Positions 32,905-45,115 of a stretch of DNA of 64,000 bases are shown here, piece after piece. The notes under the pieces were generated by a model, which ran no database searches, was not told the origin of the DNA, and was given only the letters and a program-made list of their open reading frames with translations. The first letter of the stretch is position 1. Each line of letters begins with the position of its first letter. Origin of the DNA: Clostridia bacterium (GTDB lineage Bacteria; Bacillota; Clostridia; TANB77; CAG-508); contig JAAVYV010000011.1 in assembly GCA_022791325.1 (NCBI GenBank), positions 18,636 through 82,635 on the forward strand. The letters are read 5' to 3'. Both the position numbers and the translations under genes were made by a program.

Positions 32905-34074
32905 ATGGAGAAAAAGCAAATGAATGAAAAAAATGTATTTATAATAGGATCTAATGGCATTCCAGCAAATTATGGAGGGTTTGAAACATTTGTAGAAAAC
33001 TTAACTGCAAGAAAAATGAATAAAAATATCAAGTATCATGTAGCATGTATTTCGAAAAATAATAATGAATTTGAGTATAACAATAGTAGATGTTTTAATG
33101 TAAAAGTACCAAATATTGGTCCTGCAAAAGCGGAATATTATGATTTAGTAGCACTAGAAAGAACTATAAAATATATAAAAAAACATAATATAAAAAATTC
33201 AATTGTATATATATTAGGAACAGGAGTAGGTCTATTTATAAATATATATGTAAAAAGATTTCATAAATTAGGTGCAAAAGTATATGTAAACCCAGATGGA
33301 TGTGAATGGAAAAGAGATAAATGGAATAAAATCCTTAAAAAATTTTTTAAAGTATGTGAAAAGAAAATGGCCCAAAATGCAGATTTACTTATATGTGATT
33401 CTATAAATATTGAAAAATATATGAAAGAAGAATATAAAAAGTATAATCCAAAAACTACTTTTATAGCATATGGTTCTGAATTAAATAAAAATGATTCAGA
33501 AGAGGCAAAAGAAGAGTTAGAAAATTGGTATAAAGAACATGAAATAGAAAAAGAAAAATATTATTTAATAGTAGGAAGGTTTGTACCAGAAAACAATTAT
33601 GAAACCATGATAAAAGAATTTATAAAAACAAAAACAAACAAAGATTTAGTAATTATTACAAATGTAGAAAAAAATAAATTTTATGAAGAACTAAAGCAAA
33701 AGACTAATTTTGATAGAGATAAAAGAATAAAATTTGTAGGAACTGTATATAAAAAAGATCTATTAATGCAAATAAGGGAAAATGCCTATGCATATATACA
33801 TGGACATGAAGTAGGAGGAACAAACCCATCACTATTAGAAGCGCTAGCAACAACTAAGTTAAACGTATTATTAGATGTAGGATTTAATAGAGAAGTAGCA
33901 AAAGCAGGAGCAATGTACTGGAATAAAAATGAAAATAATTTAAAAGAAATGATAAATAAACTAGAAGGCATATCAAAAGAAGAAAAAGAAAAATATTCTA
34001 AACTTTCGAAAGAAAGAATAGAAGAAGAATATAATTGGACAAAAATTGTCAAAAGATATGAAGAAATTTTTTAA
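32905..34074 (+). CDS. DUF1972-type N-terminus plus GT1/GT4 glycosyltransferase (polysaccharide rhamnosyltransferase-like)
   Basis: NVFIIGSNGIPANYGGFETFVENL N-terminus. C-terminal HGHEVGGTNPSLLEAL motif. Confidence 0.8.
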   Translation: MEKKQMNEKNVFIIGSNGIPANYGGFETFVENLTARKMNKNIKYHVACISKNNNEFEYNNSRCFNVKVPNIGPAKAEYYDLVALERTIKYIKKHNIKNSIVYILGTGVGLFINIYVKRFHKLGAKVYVNPDGCEWKRDKWNKILKKFFKVCEKKMAQNADLLICDSINIEKYMKEEYKKYNPKTTFIAYGSELNKNDSEEAKEELENWYKEHEIEKEKYYLIVGRFVPENNYETMIKEFIKTKTNKDLVIITNVEKNKFYEELKQKTNFDRDKRIKFVGTVYKKDLLMQIRENAYAYIHGHEVGGTNPSLLEALATTKLNVLLDVGFNREVAKAGAMYWNKNENNLKEMINKLEGISKEEKEKYSKLSKERIEEEYNWTKIVKRYEEIF

Positions 34075-34197
34075 AATTCTGTATATCTATTGACAAGAAA
34101 TATAAATTTTAGTATAATTTTAAAGTACAAAAAAATGAATAACTATGAAAATAGATATACATACATAAATAGAATATTACAAGGGGGGAATAAAAAA

Positions 34198-34380
34198 ATG
34201 GCACAACCAAAAAGAAGATGGTCAAAAGCAAGAACAGGTTTAAAAAGATCAACATGGAAATTAGAAAACAGAAATTTAGTAGCATGCCCACATTGTCACG
34301 AAATGATGATGCAACACAGAGTATGCCCAACATGTGGTTACTATAATGGAAAAGAAGTAGTAGCAAAAAAAGAAGACTAA
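34198..34380 (+). CDS. rpmF: 50S ribosomal protein L32
   Basis: MAQPKRRWSKARTGLKRSTWKL...CPHC......HRVCPTCGYYNGKEV. ATG at 34198 preceded by GGGGGGAA. Confidence 0.9.
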   Translation: MAQPKRRWSKARTGLKRSTWKLENRNLVACPHCHEMMMQHRVCPTCGYYNGKEVVAKKED

Positions 34381-34547
34381 GAATAGAATTAAAAATAAAC
34401 AAAAAAGTAAGCAGTTTAAAAACTGTTTCTTTTTTATTTAATAGGAAACAATATGAAACTTTTTAGTTACGCAACACAAAGTGAAAATAAAATTTAACAT
34501 ATTTTATTTTCAAAAGAAAAATCGACTTTTAATAATACATTTCACGT

Positions 34548-34576
34548 TGTAGGGGTCGCCGCCATCGGCGACCCGA
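34548..34576 (+). repeat. GTAG-headed GC-rich palindromic repeat (REP-like)
   Basis: TGTAGGGGTCGCCGCCATCGGCGACCCG. Confidence 0.75.
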
Positions 34577-34638
34577 GAAATAGCAAAAAATAAGAAAATC
34601 TGAAATACAACAATTAAAAGTATAAACCTAAAATTTAA

Positions 34639-34682
34639 TGTAGGGGCGATTAGCAATCGCCCGTGTGGCGAAGCCACTTTTG
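34639..34682 (+). repeat. GTAG-headed GC-rich palindromic repeat plus a second small hairpin
   Basis: TGTAGGGGCGATTAGCAATCGCCCG followed by TGTGGCGAAGCCAC. Confidence 0.75.
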
Positions 34683-34719
34683 TTCTATACTAGGAAAGTA
34701 CGCTAATTTAAGTTAAAGT

Positions 34720-34765
34720 TGTAGAGGCGAGCATTGCTCGTCCGAGAGGCGAAGCCTCTTTGTTC
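34720..34765 (+). repeat. GTAG-headed repeat, GAGCAnTGCTC subfamily
   Basis: TGTAGAGGCGAGCATTGCTCGTCCGAGAGGCGAAGCCTCTTTGTTC. Near-identical architecture at 45828-45872. Confidence 0.75.
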
Positions 34766-35263
34766 TTATATGATATCTAAGGTATTATCGTTTTCAATCC
34801 AGTCAGAAACTCTTTCAATTCGATATTTTTCTTTAGTATCGCGCATAACTACAGTTTCTATACCAGCATTAATAATTAGACCTTTACAAATAGAGCAAGG
34901 TTCGTTGTCAGTAACATATTCACCATTACGTGCATTGATACCAACTAGGTATAATGTACTGCCAAGAGTTCTATACCGTGGAGCACTAATGATAGCATTT
35001 TGTTCAGCGTGAACACTTCTACATTTGTCATAACCTGTGCCACTTGGAAGGCCATATTTTCGCCTTCTACAATAGCCTAAATCACTACAATTTTTTCTTC
35101 CACGAGGGGCACCTGTATAACCAGTTGAAATAATTTCATCATCTTTTACAATTACACAGCCATAATTGTTTCTAATGCAAGTTCCCCTTTGAGCAGCAAC
35201 CTCAGCAAAGTTTAAATAGTAATTGATTTTGTCAATACGTGTAAAAGTACTTCTTTCTTCCAT
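34766..35263 (-). CDS. dCMP deaminase (ComEB-like)
   Basis: HAEQNAI and PCSICKGLIINAGI zinc motifs. Start moved to MEERSTF (35263). Contains a read-through in-frame CGG at 34976-78. Confidence 0.85.
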   Translation of the reverse strand: MEERSTFTRIDKINYYLNFAEVAAQRGTCIRNNYGCVIVKDDEIISTGYTGAPRGRKNCSDLGYCRRRKYGLPSGTGYDKCRSVHAEQNAIISAPRYRTLGSTLYLVGINARNGEYVTDNEPCSICKGLIINAGIETVVMRDTKEKYRIERVSDWIENDNTLDII

Positions 35264-35456
35264 AAAGTAAATCTCCTTTCTATGGATACAAAAATAAAAA
35301 CAGTTTCTAGCTAGCATTATAACATAAGTTTACATATTTTACAAGGCAGATAAGGCAATAACGTAAAAAAAGAAAATATGCTAAACATATTTAAAAAAAA
35401 TTTTATTAATGATATAATGCAAAAAAAGAATAAAAGGTATTTAAGGATGGAAAAAA

Positions 35457-37201
35457 ATGAATAAAATTATAAATCAAATAAAAGAAAATAAATGGATACA
35501 TTACACAATAATTATATTAGTTGGAGTTATTTTAAGTATACCTCTTAGTTTAATACAAATAAGAGAAACACATGATGGCTTTTTACATTTATTAAGAATG
35601 ATAGGAACTAATAATGCATTAAAAATAGGAGAAATACCACCAATAATAGCACCATACTTTTGCAAACGGCTCACGGTTATGCAATGAACTTATTTTATAA
35701 CCCAATTGTTACATATGTTCCGCTTCTAATTAAGTTATTTATTCCAAGCTATGCAATGTCACTAAAAATATTTGGTGGCTTATGTATAATTTTATCAGGA
35801 GTAACGATGTATAAATGTGTATATAGTATAACAAATAAAAAAGCAGTAGCACTATTCTCAGCACTTATATATTTAATGGTACCCTATAAATTAGGAGATG
35901 TATATAAAAGGTTTGCAATAGGGGAATTCGCATCATTTATATTTATACCATTAGTATTTATAGGAATGTATAGTTTATTTAATCAAAATGGAAAAAAGCA
36001 TATATATATAGCTATAGGAGCTATAGGGTTATTACTTACACATACAGTAACAACTTTCTATACAGCAATATTTTGTTTAATATATGTAATATTTAATATA
36101 ACAAAGCTAAAGGAAAAGGAAGTAATAAAAAAACTAATTATAAATTTAATGTTTATAATATTAGTATCATTATTTTTCATTATGCCAATGTTAGAAGCAA
36201 AAAAAGGAGCAGACTACGCAATATTTGATAGTCAAATAATGAGCACAAATGGAAATTATGTTTATAAAAATACATTAAATATAGAGGAATTTTTTAAAGA
36301 TATAGGGGTAGAAAATCAAACAACCTATATAATAGGAGTGCCAATATTTATACTTATGTGTTTAAGTATATTTACATACAAAAATGTAGAAAAAGAATAT
36401 AAAGGTTTTTATATAATATCACTATTATTTTCATTTATAGCACTATATGCATCAACGAAATATTGCCCATGGATGATATTGCCTAACATTTTGTGCAAAT
36501 TACAATATCCATGGAGAATGTTAACATTTTTTGCGTTTTTTATATCATTTGTAGTAGGAGTAAATATATATGTTTTAATAAAAGTGATATTTAGCAAAAA
36601 TATAACGAGACTAACTATAGCAATAGCATTAACAATAACAATGGTGCTATATACAATGCCAATATTATTACAATATAAAACGCAAGATCCTCTAAAAGAT
36701 GAGAAAAGAGAAAATGCAGTGTTAGAAAATCCATATATTCATCATTTTAGTATAAATAGGGAATATTTGCCAGTAAAAGCACTTATGTTACAACGTACAT
36801 ATCTTCAAGAAAGAGAAGATAGAATATATATATTACAAGGAGAAGCGCAAATATTAGAAGAAGATAAGCAAAACTTAACAGATACTGCAATAATAGAAAA
36901 AGCGACTAAAGGAACAGTAATAGAATTTCCATTTTTCTATTATCCAGGTTATAAAATAATACTAGAACAAAATGGAATAAAAAAAGAACTAAAAACAATA
37001 GAAACAGACAATGGTTTCACAGGAACTAGACTTACAGAAGATATTAATGAAGCAAAAATACAAATACAATATAAAGGAACAGCAATTACATATATATCAT
37101 ATATAATATCCTTTATTTCACTTATAATATTTGTAATGTACTGTATTTTTAGTAATAAACCAGATAAGATAAAAATGATAGGAAATTATAGAAATAGGTA
37201 A
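35457..37201 (+). CDS. Large polytopic membrane protein, GT-C-like glycosyltransferase/polymerase candidate, paralogue 1 (about 580 aa). Joined across two CGG codons.
   Basis: More than 10 hydrophobic helices. Conserved N-terminal loop THDGFLHLLRMIG..ALKIGEIPP. Skipping the C of CGG 35667-69 and 35674-76 gives FCKGSGYAMNLFYNP, parallel to FCNGFGYSWNIFYSP in paralogue 3. Confidence 0.6.
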
Positions 37202-37253
37202 AAAGAAAAGATATATACCTATTAATACTACAAAAAACAAAAGAGGTACAATA

Positions 37254-38976
37254 ATGGAAAAGATAAATAAAGCTATAGGCATAATAAAAGAAAATAAATG
37301 GTTGCATTATGTGATAATTATAGTAGTTGGTATGATTATTAGTATTCCACTTAGAAAAATACAAATAAGTGATACACATGATGGTTTTTTACATATGTTA
37401 AGGATACTAGGAACAGATAATGCACTAAAAATAGGTGAAATACCACCAATAATAGTACCATATTTTTGCAAACGGTGGGGCATATGCAATGAACTTATTT
37501 TACAATCCACTTGTTACATATATTCCACTTCTAATAAAAGCATTTGTACCAAGTTATGCTGTTGCACTAAAAATATTTGGAGGCTTATGCATAATTTTAT
37601 CAGGATTAACAATGTATAAGTCTGTGCATAGCATAACAAATAAAAGAGCAGTAGCACTATTTTCAGCACTTATATATTTAATGGTGCCATACAAAATAGC
37701 AGATGTATATAAAAGGTATGCAATAGGAGAATTCTCAGCATTTATATTTTTACCAGTACTATTTGCAGGAATGTATAGTTTATTTAATCAAGATGGAAAA
37801 AAACATTTCTATATAGCTATAGGAGCAATAGGTTTAATACTAACACATACAATAACAGCATTTTATACAGCAATATTTTGCCTAATATATGTAATATTTA
37901 GAATAGTAAAGCTAAAACAAAAAGAAGTAATAAAAAAACTGATAATAAATGTAATATTCATAATACTAGTATCATCATTTTTCATTATACCAATGTTAGA
38001 AGCAAAAATATCAGCAGACTATGCAATATTTGATAGTAGTTTGATGTATGGATATGGAGAATATGTTTATTATAATACACTAAATATAAGCGAATTTTTT
38101 AAAGATATTGGAAAAGAAGAACAAACAACATATATAATAGGAATACCAATATTTGTACTTATGTGTTTAAGTATATTTGTATATAGAAGTGTAGAAAAAA
38201 AATATAAATATTTCTATATAATATCTATATTATTTTCATTTATATCATTATATGCATCAACAAAATACTTCCCATGGCTCAAAATGCCAGATATTCTATG
38301 CAAATTGCAATATCCATGGAGAATGCTAACATTTTTTGCATTCTTTATATCATTTGTAATAGGCGTAAATATATATGTTTTACTAAAGAAACTATTAAAA
38401 AACGACATAATAAGATTAACTTCATCAGCAATATTATTAATAATCATGTTAGTATATACAATACCAATAATATTACAATATGAAACTGAATATGACTTAA
38501 GAGATGAAGAATTAGAAAAAGATATAATAAAAAATCCATATATTCAGTATGAAATAATAAATACAGAATACCTGCCAGTAAATGCAATTCTTAAATACCA
38601 CACATATTTGAATAAAAAGAAAGATAAAATATATATATTGCAAGGAGAAACACTAATAATAAGAGAAAATAAGAAAGATTTAACATATAGCGCAATAATA
38701 GAAGATGCTGTAAAAGATACAATAATAGAATTTCCATTTTTCTATTATCCAGGATATAAAGTAACTTTGGAAGAAAATGGCAAAAAAGAAAAATTAGAAA
38801 CAATACAAACAGATAATGGATTTACTGGAACAGTAATTACAAAAGATATTAGTCAAGCAAAAATAAAAATAGAATATAAAGGTACATTAGTAATATATGT
38901 TTCATATATTGTGTCTTTTATATCATTTGTAATATTTATAGGATATTGTTATATAGAAAGTAGAAAAAAAGATTAA
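37254..38976 (+). CDS. GT-C-like polytopic membrane protein, paralogue 2. Joined across one CGG.
   Basis: Highly similar to paralogue 1 along its whole length. Skipping the C of CGG 37473-75 gives FCKGGAYAMNLFYNP. Confidence 0.6.
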
Positions 38977-39040
38977 CTAAAAAATAAAAGTTGTGTGACT
39001 GTAAAAAAATTAATTTATAGAAAGAAAACAGGAGAAACAA

Positions 39041-40760
39041 ATGCAAAAAATTAAAGAATTATTAAAAGATGAAAAATATTTTGTAATATTAATAATACTA
39101 ATAGCAAGTATATTTGTGTGTATTCCACTAATGAGTAAAAATGCCGATATGACATATGATGATGGAATTCAACATATATGTAGGCTTATGGGAACATATC
39201 AATCTTTACAAGAAGGGCAAACAAAAATAATGTCTAACTTCTGTAATGGTTTTGGCTATTCGTGGAATATTTTTTATAGTCCATTAACAGCCATTCTACC
39301 ATTAATATTTAAAATTATTGGATTTTCTTTTACAGGATGTATTAAATTATTTATGTTTGCAAACGTATTCCTATCAGGGTATTTTATGTATATATGTACT
39401 AAAAAAATAACTAAAAAAACAAATATTGCAGTGCTTTCGGCTATTTTCTATATTTTGGCACCATATAGACTAACAGATATGTATATAAGAAATGCGTTAG
39501 CAGAACTTGCATCATTTGTATTTCTACCATTAATATTTTTAGGGTTATATAATATATTTAAAATACGTGATGAAAAAGAATATAGCAAAAGTGTAGATAT
39601 ATTAAATAAAGAAAATTATATACTTGCAATAGGAAGTATAGGATTAATACTAACTCATACAGTAATTACAATGTATACAGGAATATTTTCTTTAATATAT
39701 GTGCTAATAAATGTAAAAAGATTGAAAGATAAAAGAATTATAAAACTACTTATTATAAATATTTTATTAATATTAGTAATAACATCATTCTTCTGGGTAC
39801 CATTATTAGAGCATAAAATAATGGCTAATTATGAAGTGTTCAAGCCAGGAAGAATGGAAAGAACTGAAGTTTTAGTAGCATATAAATTAGATTTTTATAG
39901 ATTATTTTTTACAAAAAGCACAGACTATATGATATATGAAATAGGAATAATAACTATAATTAGTTTACTTCTAACGCCACTTGCAGTTAAGAAAATAAAA
40001 GAGAAAGAATATTATAAAATTTATTTATTTATGCTAATATCAGGAATAGCAAGTATTATTATGACATTAAAAATATTTCCATTTGAATACATGCCAAGTA
40101 TACTAAAAATGATACAATTTACTTTTAGACTTTTAGAATTTTCAAGCTTTTTCTTTAGTATAATATCTGCTATAAATATAGTTACTTTAAGTAAAAAAAT
40201 TGAAACAAAGGAAGTTATAATATTATTAGTTGCTATCATGGTACTAACCATTCCATTAAAAAGTCACTTAAGAACACTAGAAAATTACGATGAATCAAAA
40301 CTATGGCCAGCAGTGGAAGTAAATGAGAATACTGGTAGAGTACATGCAGGTTTAGCAAGTTTTGAATATTTACCAACAAAAGCATTTGAAAACAGAAGTT
40401 ATATAGAAACAAGAGGACAAAATGTAATAGCATTAAATGAAAATAGTTCTTGTCAAATAGAAAATGAAGTAAAAAATGGAGTTAAAATGAGTTTTGATGT
40501 TAAATATGTATTAGAAGAAACACGGAATAGAACTGCCATATATATATTATTTAGGTTATAATGTAACACTAAAAACAGGAAATGAAGAAATAAAACTACA
40601 AACCTTTGAGACAGATAATGGCTTTGTAGGAGTAAAGGTTCCAATATTAGAGGAAGGAAAAATAGAAGTTAAATATACAGGAACATGGCTAATGAATGTA
40701 TCTAATTTTGTATCATTAGTTGGGGTATGTATATTTATAGGAATATCTTTAAAAAAATAA
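39041..40760 (+). CDS. GT-C-like polytopic membrane protein, paralogue 3 (more divergent). Joined across one CGG.
   Basis: Same architecture. Skipping the C of CGG 40523-25 gives ..EETGIELPYIYYLGYNVTLKTGNEEIKLQTFETDNGFVG.., parallel to IEFPFFYYPGYK...ETDNGFTG in paralogues 1 and 2. Stop at 40758-60. Confidence 0.6.
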
Positions 40761-40946
40761 ATTTGTGTAAGTATTGCTAATTTTGTATAAACATTTTAAT
40801 ATATTTTATATTGGATAAAAAAGAGCTGGATACATAATAGATTTAAAGAGAATTGATTTACATATTGACATAAAAGTAAAATTATGATATATTATGGGCA
40901 TAAGATGCAGAAAACTCAAATAACTATTGTTAAAGGAGGAAAAAAT

Positions 40947-41399
40947 ATGAACTATGAAAAGGAAAAAAATGGAACTCGGAAAATAGCAAAAGTGATAATA
41001 CCAGTAATAGCAATAATAGGAATAATAGCACTAGTGTTAACTGCTATATGTTGTGGATTGTTACTAAGGAAGAAAATATATCAAACTCCAAAAATCGAAA
41101 TACCAATCGAAAGTTATTTTGTAAAATATGATGATATGACTTTAATTAAGGCAACATCTTATCCAGAGTGTTCTAATAACATATTTACAACAACAATAAG
41201 ATATCATGAATATATAGGATTTATTGATAATGATATTTATGAGAAATATAGAAATGGTGAATATGAAGGAATAGTCGAAGTATATCATCCATATGTAGAA
41301 GGAAAAAGTATTATTGCTAAGACAGAAAACTTTCAGTCAGTAGAGAAATTATTATATAGCGATTGCTATAATGAATATCCACCTAGTGAATATAAATAA
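40947..41399 (+). CDS. Membrane-anchored hypothetical protein (150 aa)
   Basis: ATG at 40947 preceded by AAAGGAGGA. One TM helix. Contains a read-through in-frame CGG at 40977-79. Confidence 0.55.
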   Translation: MNYEKEKNGTRKIAKVIIPVIAIIGIIALVLTAICCGLLLRKKIYQTPKIEIPIESYFVKYDDMTLIKATSYPECSNNIFTTTIRYHEYIGFIDNDIYEKYRNGEYEGIVEVYHPYVEGKSIIAKTENFQSVEKLLYSDCYNEYPPSEYK

Positions 41400-41413
41400 G
41401 AGTAATCAAAAAA

Positions 41414-41439
41414 ACAGCTCAATTTGAGCTGTTTTTTTG
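41414..41439. terminator. Bidirectional rho-independent terminator
   Basis: AAAAAACAGCTCAA-T-TTGAGCTGTTTTTTT between convergent genes. Confidence 0.75.
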
Positions 41440-41451
41440 GATTGTATGTTA

Positions 41452-43362
41452 TTAAACTAACCAGATACTACAATTTGCATCAGAAGGCATTCGCAAATCG
41501 CCTCTTGGTGATACACTTACACTACCGACTTTAGGCCCATCAGGTATACAATTGCGCTTAAACTGATTGCCAAAGTACCGCTGAACAAATTTATTATAAT
41601 ATTCAAGAAATTGCTCTGAAGAATACTTATTCTTAAATGCAGATTCTGCCAAAAACAAAATTTTCTCACCTGAAAACTTGGTTCTTAAAAAGTAATAAAT
41701 GAAGAAATCATGTACTTCATAAGGTCCAATTGCACTTTCTGTTTTTTGTACAACTTCTTTTCCATCAGATGGTAAAAGTTCTGGGCTAATTGGAGTGCCA
41801 ACAATATCAAGTAAAATACTCTTAAGTTCATCATTTGGACAATTAAACCTTGCATACCACTCAATTAGGTACTTAACTAAGGTTTTTGGAACAGAAGCAT
41901 TTACTCCATACATACTCATATGGTCACCATTATATGTGCACCAGCCGAGTACAAGCTCAGAAAGGTCACCTGTGCCAATTAAAATGCCATGATGTTTATT
42001 TGCCATGTCCATTAAAATTTGCGTTCGTTCCCTAGCCTGAACATTTTCATAAGTTACATCATGAATAGCAGGGTCATGCCCAATATCCTTAAAGTGCTGA
42101 ATGCAGGCATCTTTAATAGGAATTTCCTTTAAGGTAATACCAAGCTTATCACAAAGCTCTACAGCATTTTTATAAGTCCTATTAGTTGTACCAAAGCCTG
42201 GCATAGTAATTCCTATAATACCTTTATAATCTAACCCAAGTTTAGTAAAAGCCTCATAGCAAACAAGCAAGGCTAGGGTAGAGTCAAGTCCACCAGATAT
42301 ACCAATTGTAGCTTTGCAGTTCTTTATAGAACTAAGCCTGCGTGCTAAAGCAGTACTTTGGATAGAAAGAATTTCTTTACATACTTTACCGCCAGTTTCA
42401 TCCATTATATTAGGAATGAATGGGTGTGGGTTAACTTTTCTTGTAAAATCACTACTTATTTCACTTTGAGCAAAATTAACAGTAGTAAATGAATAATGTA
42501 AGTTCTTTTTACTATCATTAAAGGTAGTATTATTTAATCGCTCATTGGTTAGATACTGGATATCTACATCAACTACTTTCAATTGATCATCCATTCGAAA
42601 TCTTTCCAAAGTAGCTAATTCTTTCCCATTTTCGTACACATAGCCACTACCACCAAAAACTAAGTCAGAAGTGGATTCAGAAAAGCCAGCAGAAGTGTAC
42701 AAATATGCACTAATGGTACGTGCACTTTGGGTTTTGATTAATTCCTTACGGTAATTATCTTTACCAACCAATTCGTTACTAGCAGAAAGATTGGCTATGA
42801 TATTAGCACCACCTAATGCAAGGTAAGAACTAGGAGGAATAACAGACCATAAGTCCTCGCAAATTTCTACTCCAAGCTTATATCCAAGAGATGATGAAAA
42901 TATAATATTCCCAAAAGGTACCTCCATTCCTAAAAGAGTAATTGTTTTGGGGCAATTTTCTGTATATGGAGAAAACCACCTTTTTTCATAAAACTCATTA
43001 TTATTAGGAATAAACTGCTTTGGAATTACGCCTAAAATTCTTGAACCTTGAATTGCAACCGCACAGTTATATAAACTGTCATTAACATTAATAGGGCATC
43101 CTACTAAAGTTAAAACATTAGGATAATTTCGAGCATTATCAAGTAAGTAGCGTAAAGAATTAAGTGAACTTTGCATGAGGTCACTCATCCCAAAAAGGTC
43201 TTGACAAGTATATCCAGTCAAACACAATTCAGGAAATACCAGTACATTTACCCCTAAGCTATTTGCTCTCCGAGTTAATTCCTTAATTTTTTCTGCATTG
43301 GCTTTGGGGTTAGAAAGTCCACCATTAAAATTTGCAATAGCACATTTTACAAAACCTCTCAT
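41452..43362 (-). CDS. nadE: Glutamine-dependent NAD+ synthetase (long form)
   Basis: N-terminal CN-hydrolase domain (LVFPELCLTGY). C-terminal PP-loop GISGGLDSTLALLV. 636 aa, intact, with two in-frame CGG codons read as sense. Confidence 0.9.
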   Translation of the reverse strand: MRGFVKCAIANFNGGLSNPKANAEKIKELTRRANSLGVNVLVFPELCLTGYTCQDLFGMSDLMQSSLNSLRYLLDNARNYPNVLTLVGCPINVNDSLYNCAVAIQGSRILGVIPKQFIPNNNEFYEKRWFSPYTENCPKTITLLGMEVPFGNIIFSSSLGYKLGVEICEDLWSVIPPSSYLALGGANIIANLSASNELVGKDNYRKELIKTQSARTISAYLYTSAGFSESTSDLVFGGSGYVYENGKELATLERFRMDDQLKVVDVDIQYLTNERLNNTTFNDSKKNLHYSFTTVNFAQSEISSDFTRKVNPHPFIPNIMDETGGKVCKEILSIQSTALARRLSSIKNCKATIGISGGLDSTLALLVCYEAFTKLGLDYKGIIGITMPGFGTTNRTYKNAVELCDKLGITLKEIPIKDACIQHFKDIGHDPAIHDVTYENVQARERTQILMDMANKHHGILIGTGDLSELVLGWCTYNGDHMSMYGVNASVPKTLVKYLIEWYARFNCPNDELKSILLDIVGTPISPELLPSDGKEVVQKTESAIGPYEVHDFFIYYFLRTKFSGEKILFLAESAFKNKYSSEQFLEYYNKFVQRYFGNQFKRNCIPDGPKVGSVSVSPRGDLRMPSDANCSIWLV

Positions 43363-43644
43363 AAAGTTAAGTCCTCCTTTTATAATAGAAACTTATTAAT
43401 TGTAACATTATGCTTGATTTAGTTATCAAAAATAAAAGATAACATAAATACATAACTTGCTTAACATTATAACATAATGAAAAAATTATGTCAAACTAAT
43501 AGCGATAATATTTACTTAAAAGAAGGTATTGGAAAATATTTTCAATTAATATATAAAAATTAACATGAAAAGTAGGTAAGTTTGACAATTCAATATTAAA
43601 TAATTAAAAAATCCAACCCAAATTAATGAGTCGGATTTTTATTA

Positions 43645-43914
43645 TTAAACAATCTTTTCCTTGACCTTGGCTTTAATTTCAGCTGTAATTGCGTCTCCTA
43701 ATGAATAATATTCATCCATATAAGTAATATTGAATATTTCCTTAATAGTGTCTTCATTAACACTTTTAATAAGGTGGCACTCATTAGAAAAGTAATTATA
43801 ATCAATATTTGCAATATATTGATTAGTGCTAGAAGTTACAACAAAAGATGCAAATGGAAAATCGTTAATTACATAGTTTTTTATAAACCGTACATTTAAA
43901 TCAAACATAATCAT
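43645..43914 (-). CDS. Hypothetical protein (89 aa)
   Basis: Intact ORF. No family recognised. Confidence 0.45.
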   Translation of the reverse strand: MIMFDLNVRFIKNYVINDFPFASFVVTSSTNQYIANIDYNYFSNECHLIKSVNEDTIKEIFNITYMDEYYSLGDAITAEIKAKVKEKIV

Positions 43915-44274
43915 GCTCCTTTTCTACAAAACAATTTTATCAACTACAATAATAGTATAACATATAAAAATAGAAAAAACAATACATTATGTAAAATTAA
44001 TAACTAAACATCTTAATAATAGTTAATTTGAAATTTTAACTGTCAAACCAATTTATTTTCAGCTAAATATTAGTGTTGCGAACATATTATAATTTAGAAT
44101 GCTATAAAAGACAAAATTAAAATGTCTAAATTTTTATAATAAATGAATTTAGCAAAAATAAAAAAAATATTGCAAAATTATGTAAATGGTGATATAATAC
44201 AGAATGTAGTTTATATAAAAATGCCAAAAAGCAATTTTTTGGTAGCACAATTAAATATTAAAGGAGGAACTTCA

Positions 44275-45090
44275 ATGCTAAAACTCAACGGAAAGCAAAT
44301 TGTAACAGAGCGGTTTCCAAACAATGAAACAAAGGTAAAGGATTTTGAAGAGTATATTGAAAGAAAAGAAAATATACTTGAACTTAAATACTTTAATGAT
44401 GAAGACTTAATTACTCTAATGTTTGTAAAAAAGCGTATTGATGAGGCATATGCACGGTGTGCATTATTTGTATGGTATATGCCATATAGTAGAATGGATC
44501 GAAAAATTGATGGAGATCTGTTTACTCTTAAGTATATTTGCGATTTCATCAATTGGCTTCGATTTACGAAAGTTGTAATAATGGAGCCACATTCAGTAAG
44601 AACGGTACAAATGCTTGACAGGGTTAGGGATATTTATCCAGTAACAGACTGGATAAAAGCAGAGGAGCTCCCTGAAAATGTGCAAATCGTATTTCAAGAT
44701 AAGGCAGCAGCACGTAGATATGCACACAGCAAGTACAAAGATGTATGCATTATGGAGAAAAGAAGAGATCCAATAACAGGTAAGATTGAAGACATGCACA
44801 TCAAAGAAGGAAAAGTCCTTCCAGGTGCTAAATGTATTATTATTGATGACCTGTGTTCACAAGGTGGAACTTTTGCATGGGCAGGAAGTATATTAAAAGA
44901 TGCGGGAGCAGCAGAAGTTGTTTTAGTAGTTTCTCATTGTGAAGAGACTATATTTAAAGGAACTTTGCTTAAAGAAAACTCTCCAATTGATATGGTCTAC
45001 ACAAGCACATCAATTATGGACAAAGAACATCCAAAAATTAAATATATGGATGTTGATGTAGCAAGTTATATGAAAAAACATATACTATAA
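44275..45090 (+). CDS. Ribose-phosphate pyrophosphokinase (Prs) family protein, short form
   Basis: PYSRMDRK (compare PY.ARQDRK) and the PRPP-binding loop IIIDDLCSQGGT. Start moved to the ATG at 44275 after AAAGGAGGA. Confidence 0.75.
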   Translation: MLKLNGKQIVTERFPNNETKVKDFEEYIERKENILELKYFNDEDLITLMFVKKRIDEAYARCALFVWYMPYSRMDRKIDGDLFTLKYICDFINWLRFTKVVIMEPHSVRTVQMLDRVRDIYPVTDWIKAEELPENVQIVFQDKAAARRYAHSKYKDVCIMEKRRDPITGKIEDMHIKEGKVLPGAKCIIIDDLCSQGGTFAWAGSILKDAGAAEVVLVVSHCEETIFKGTLLKENSPIDMVYTSTSIMDKEHPKIKYMDVDVASYMKKHIL

Positions 45091-45115
45091 GGCAAATATA
45101 AGGAAAAAAACAACT

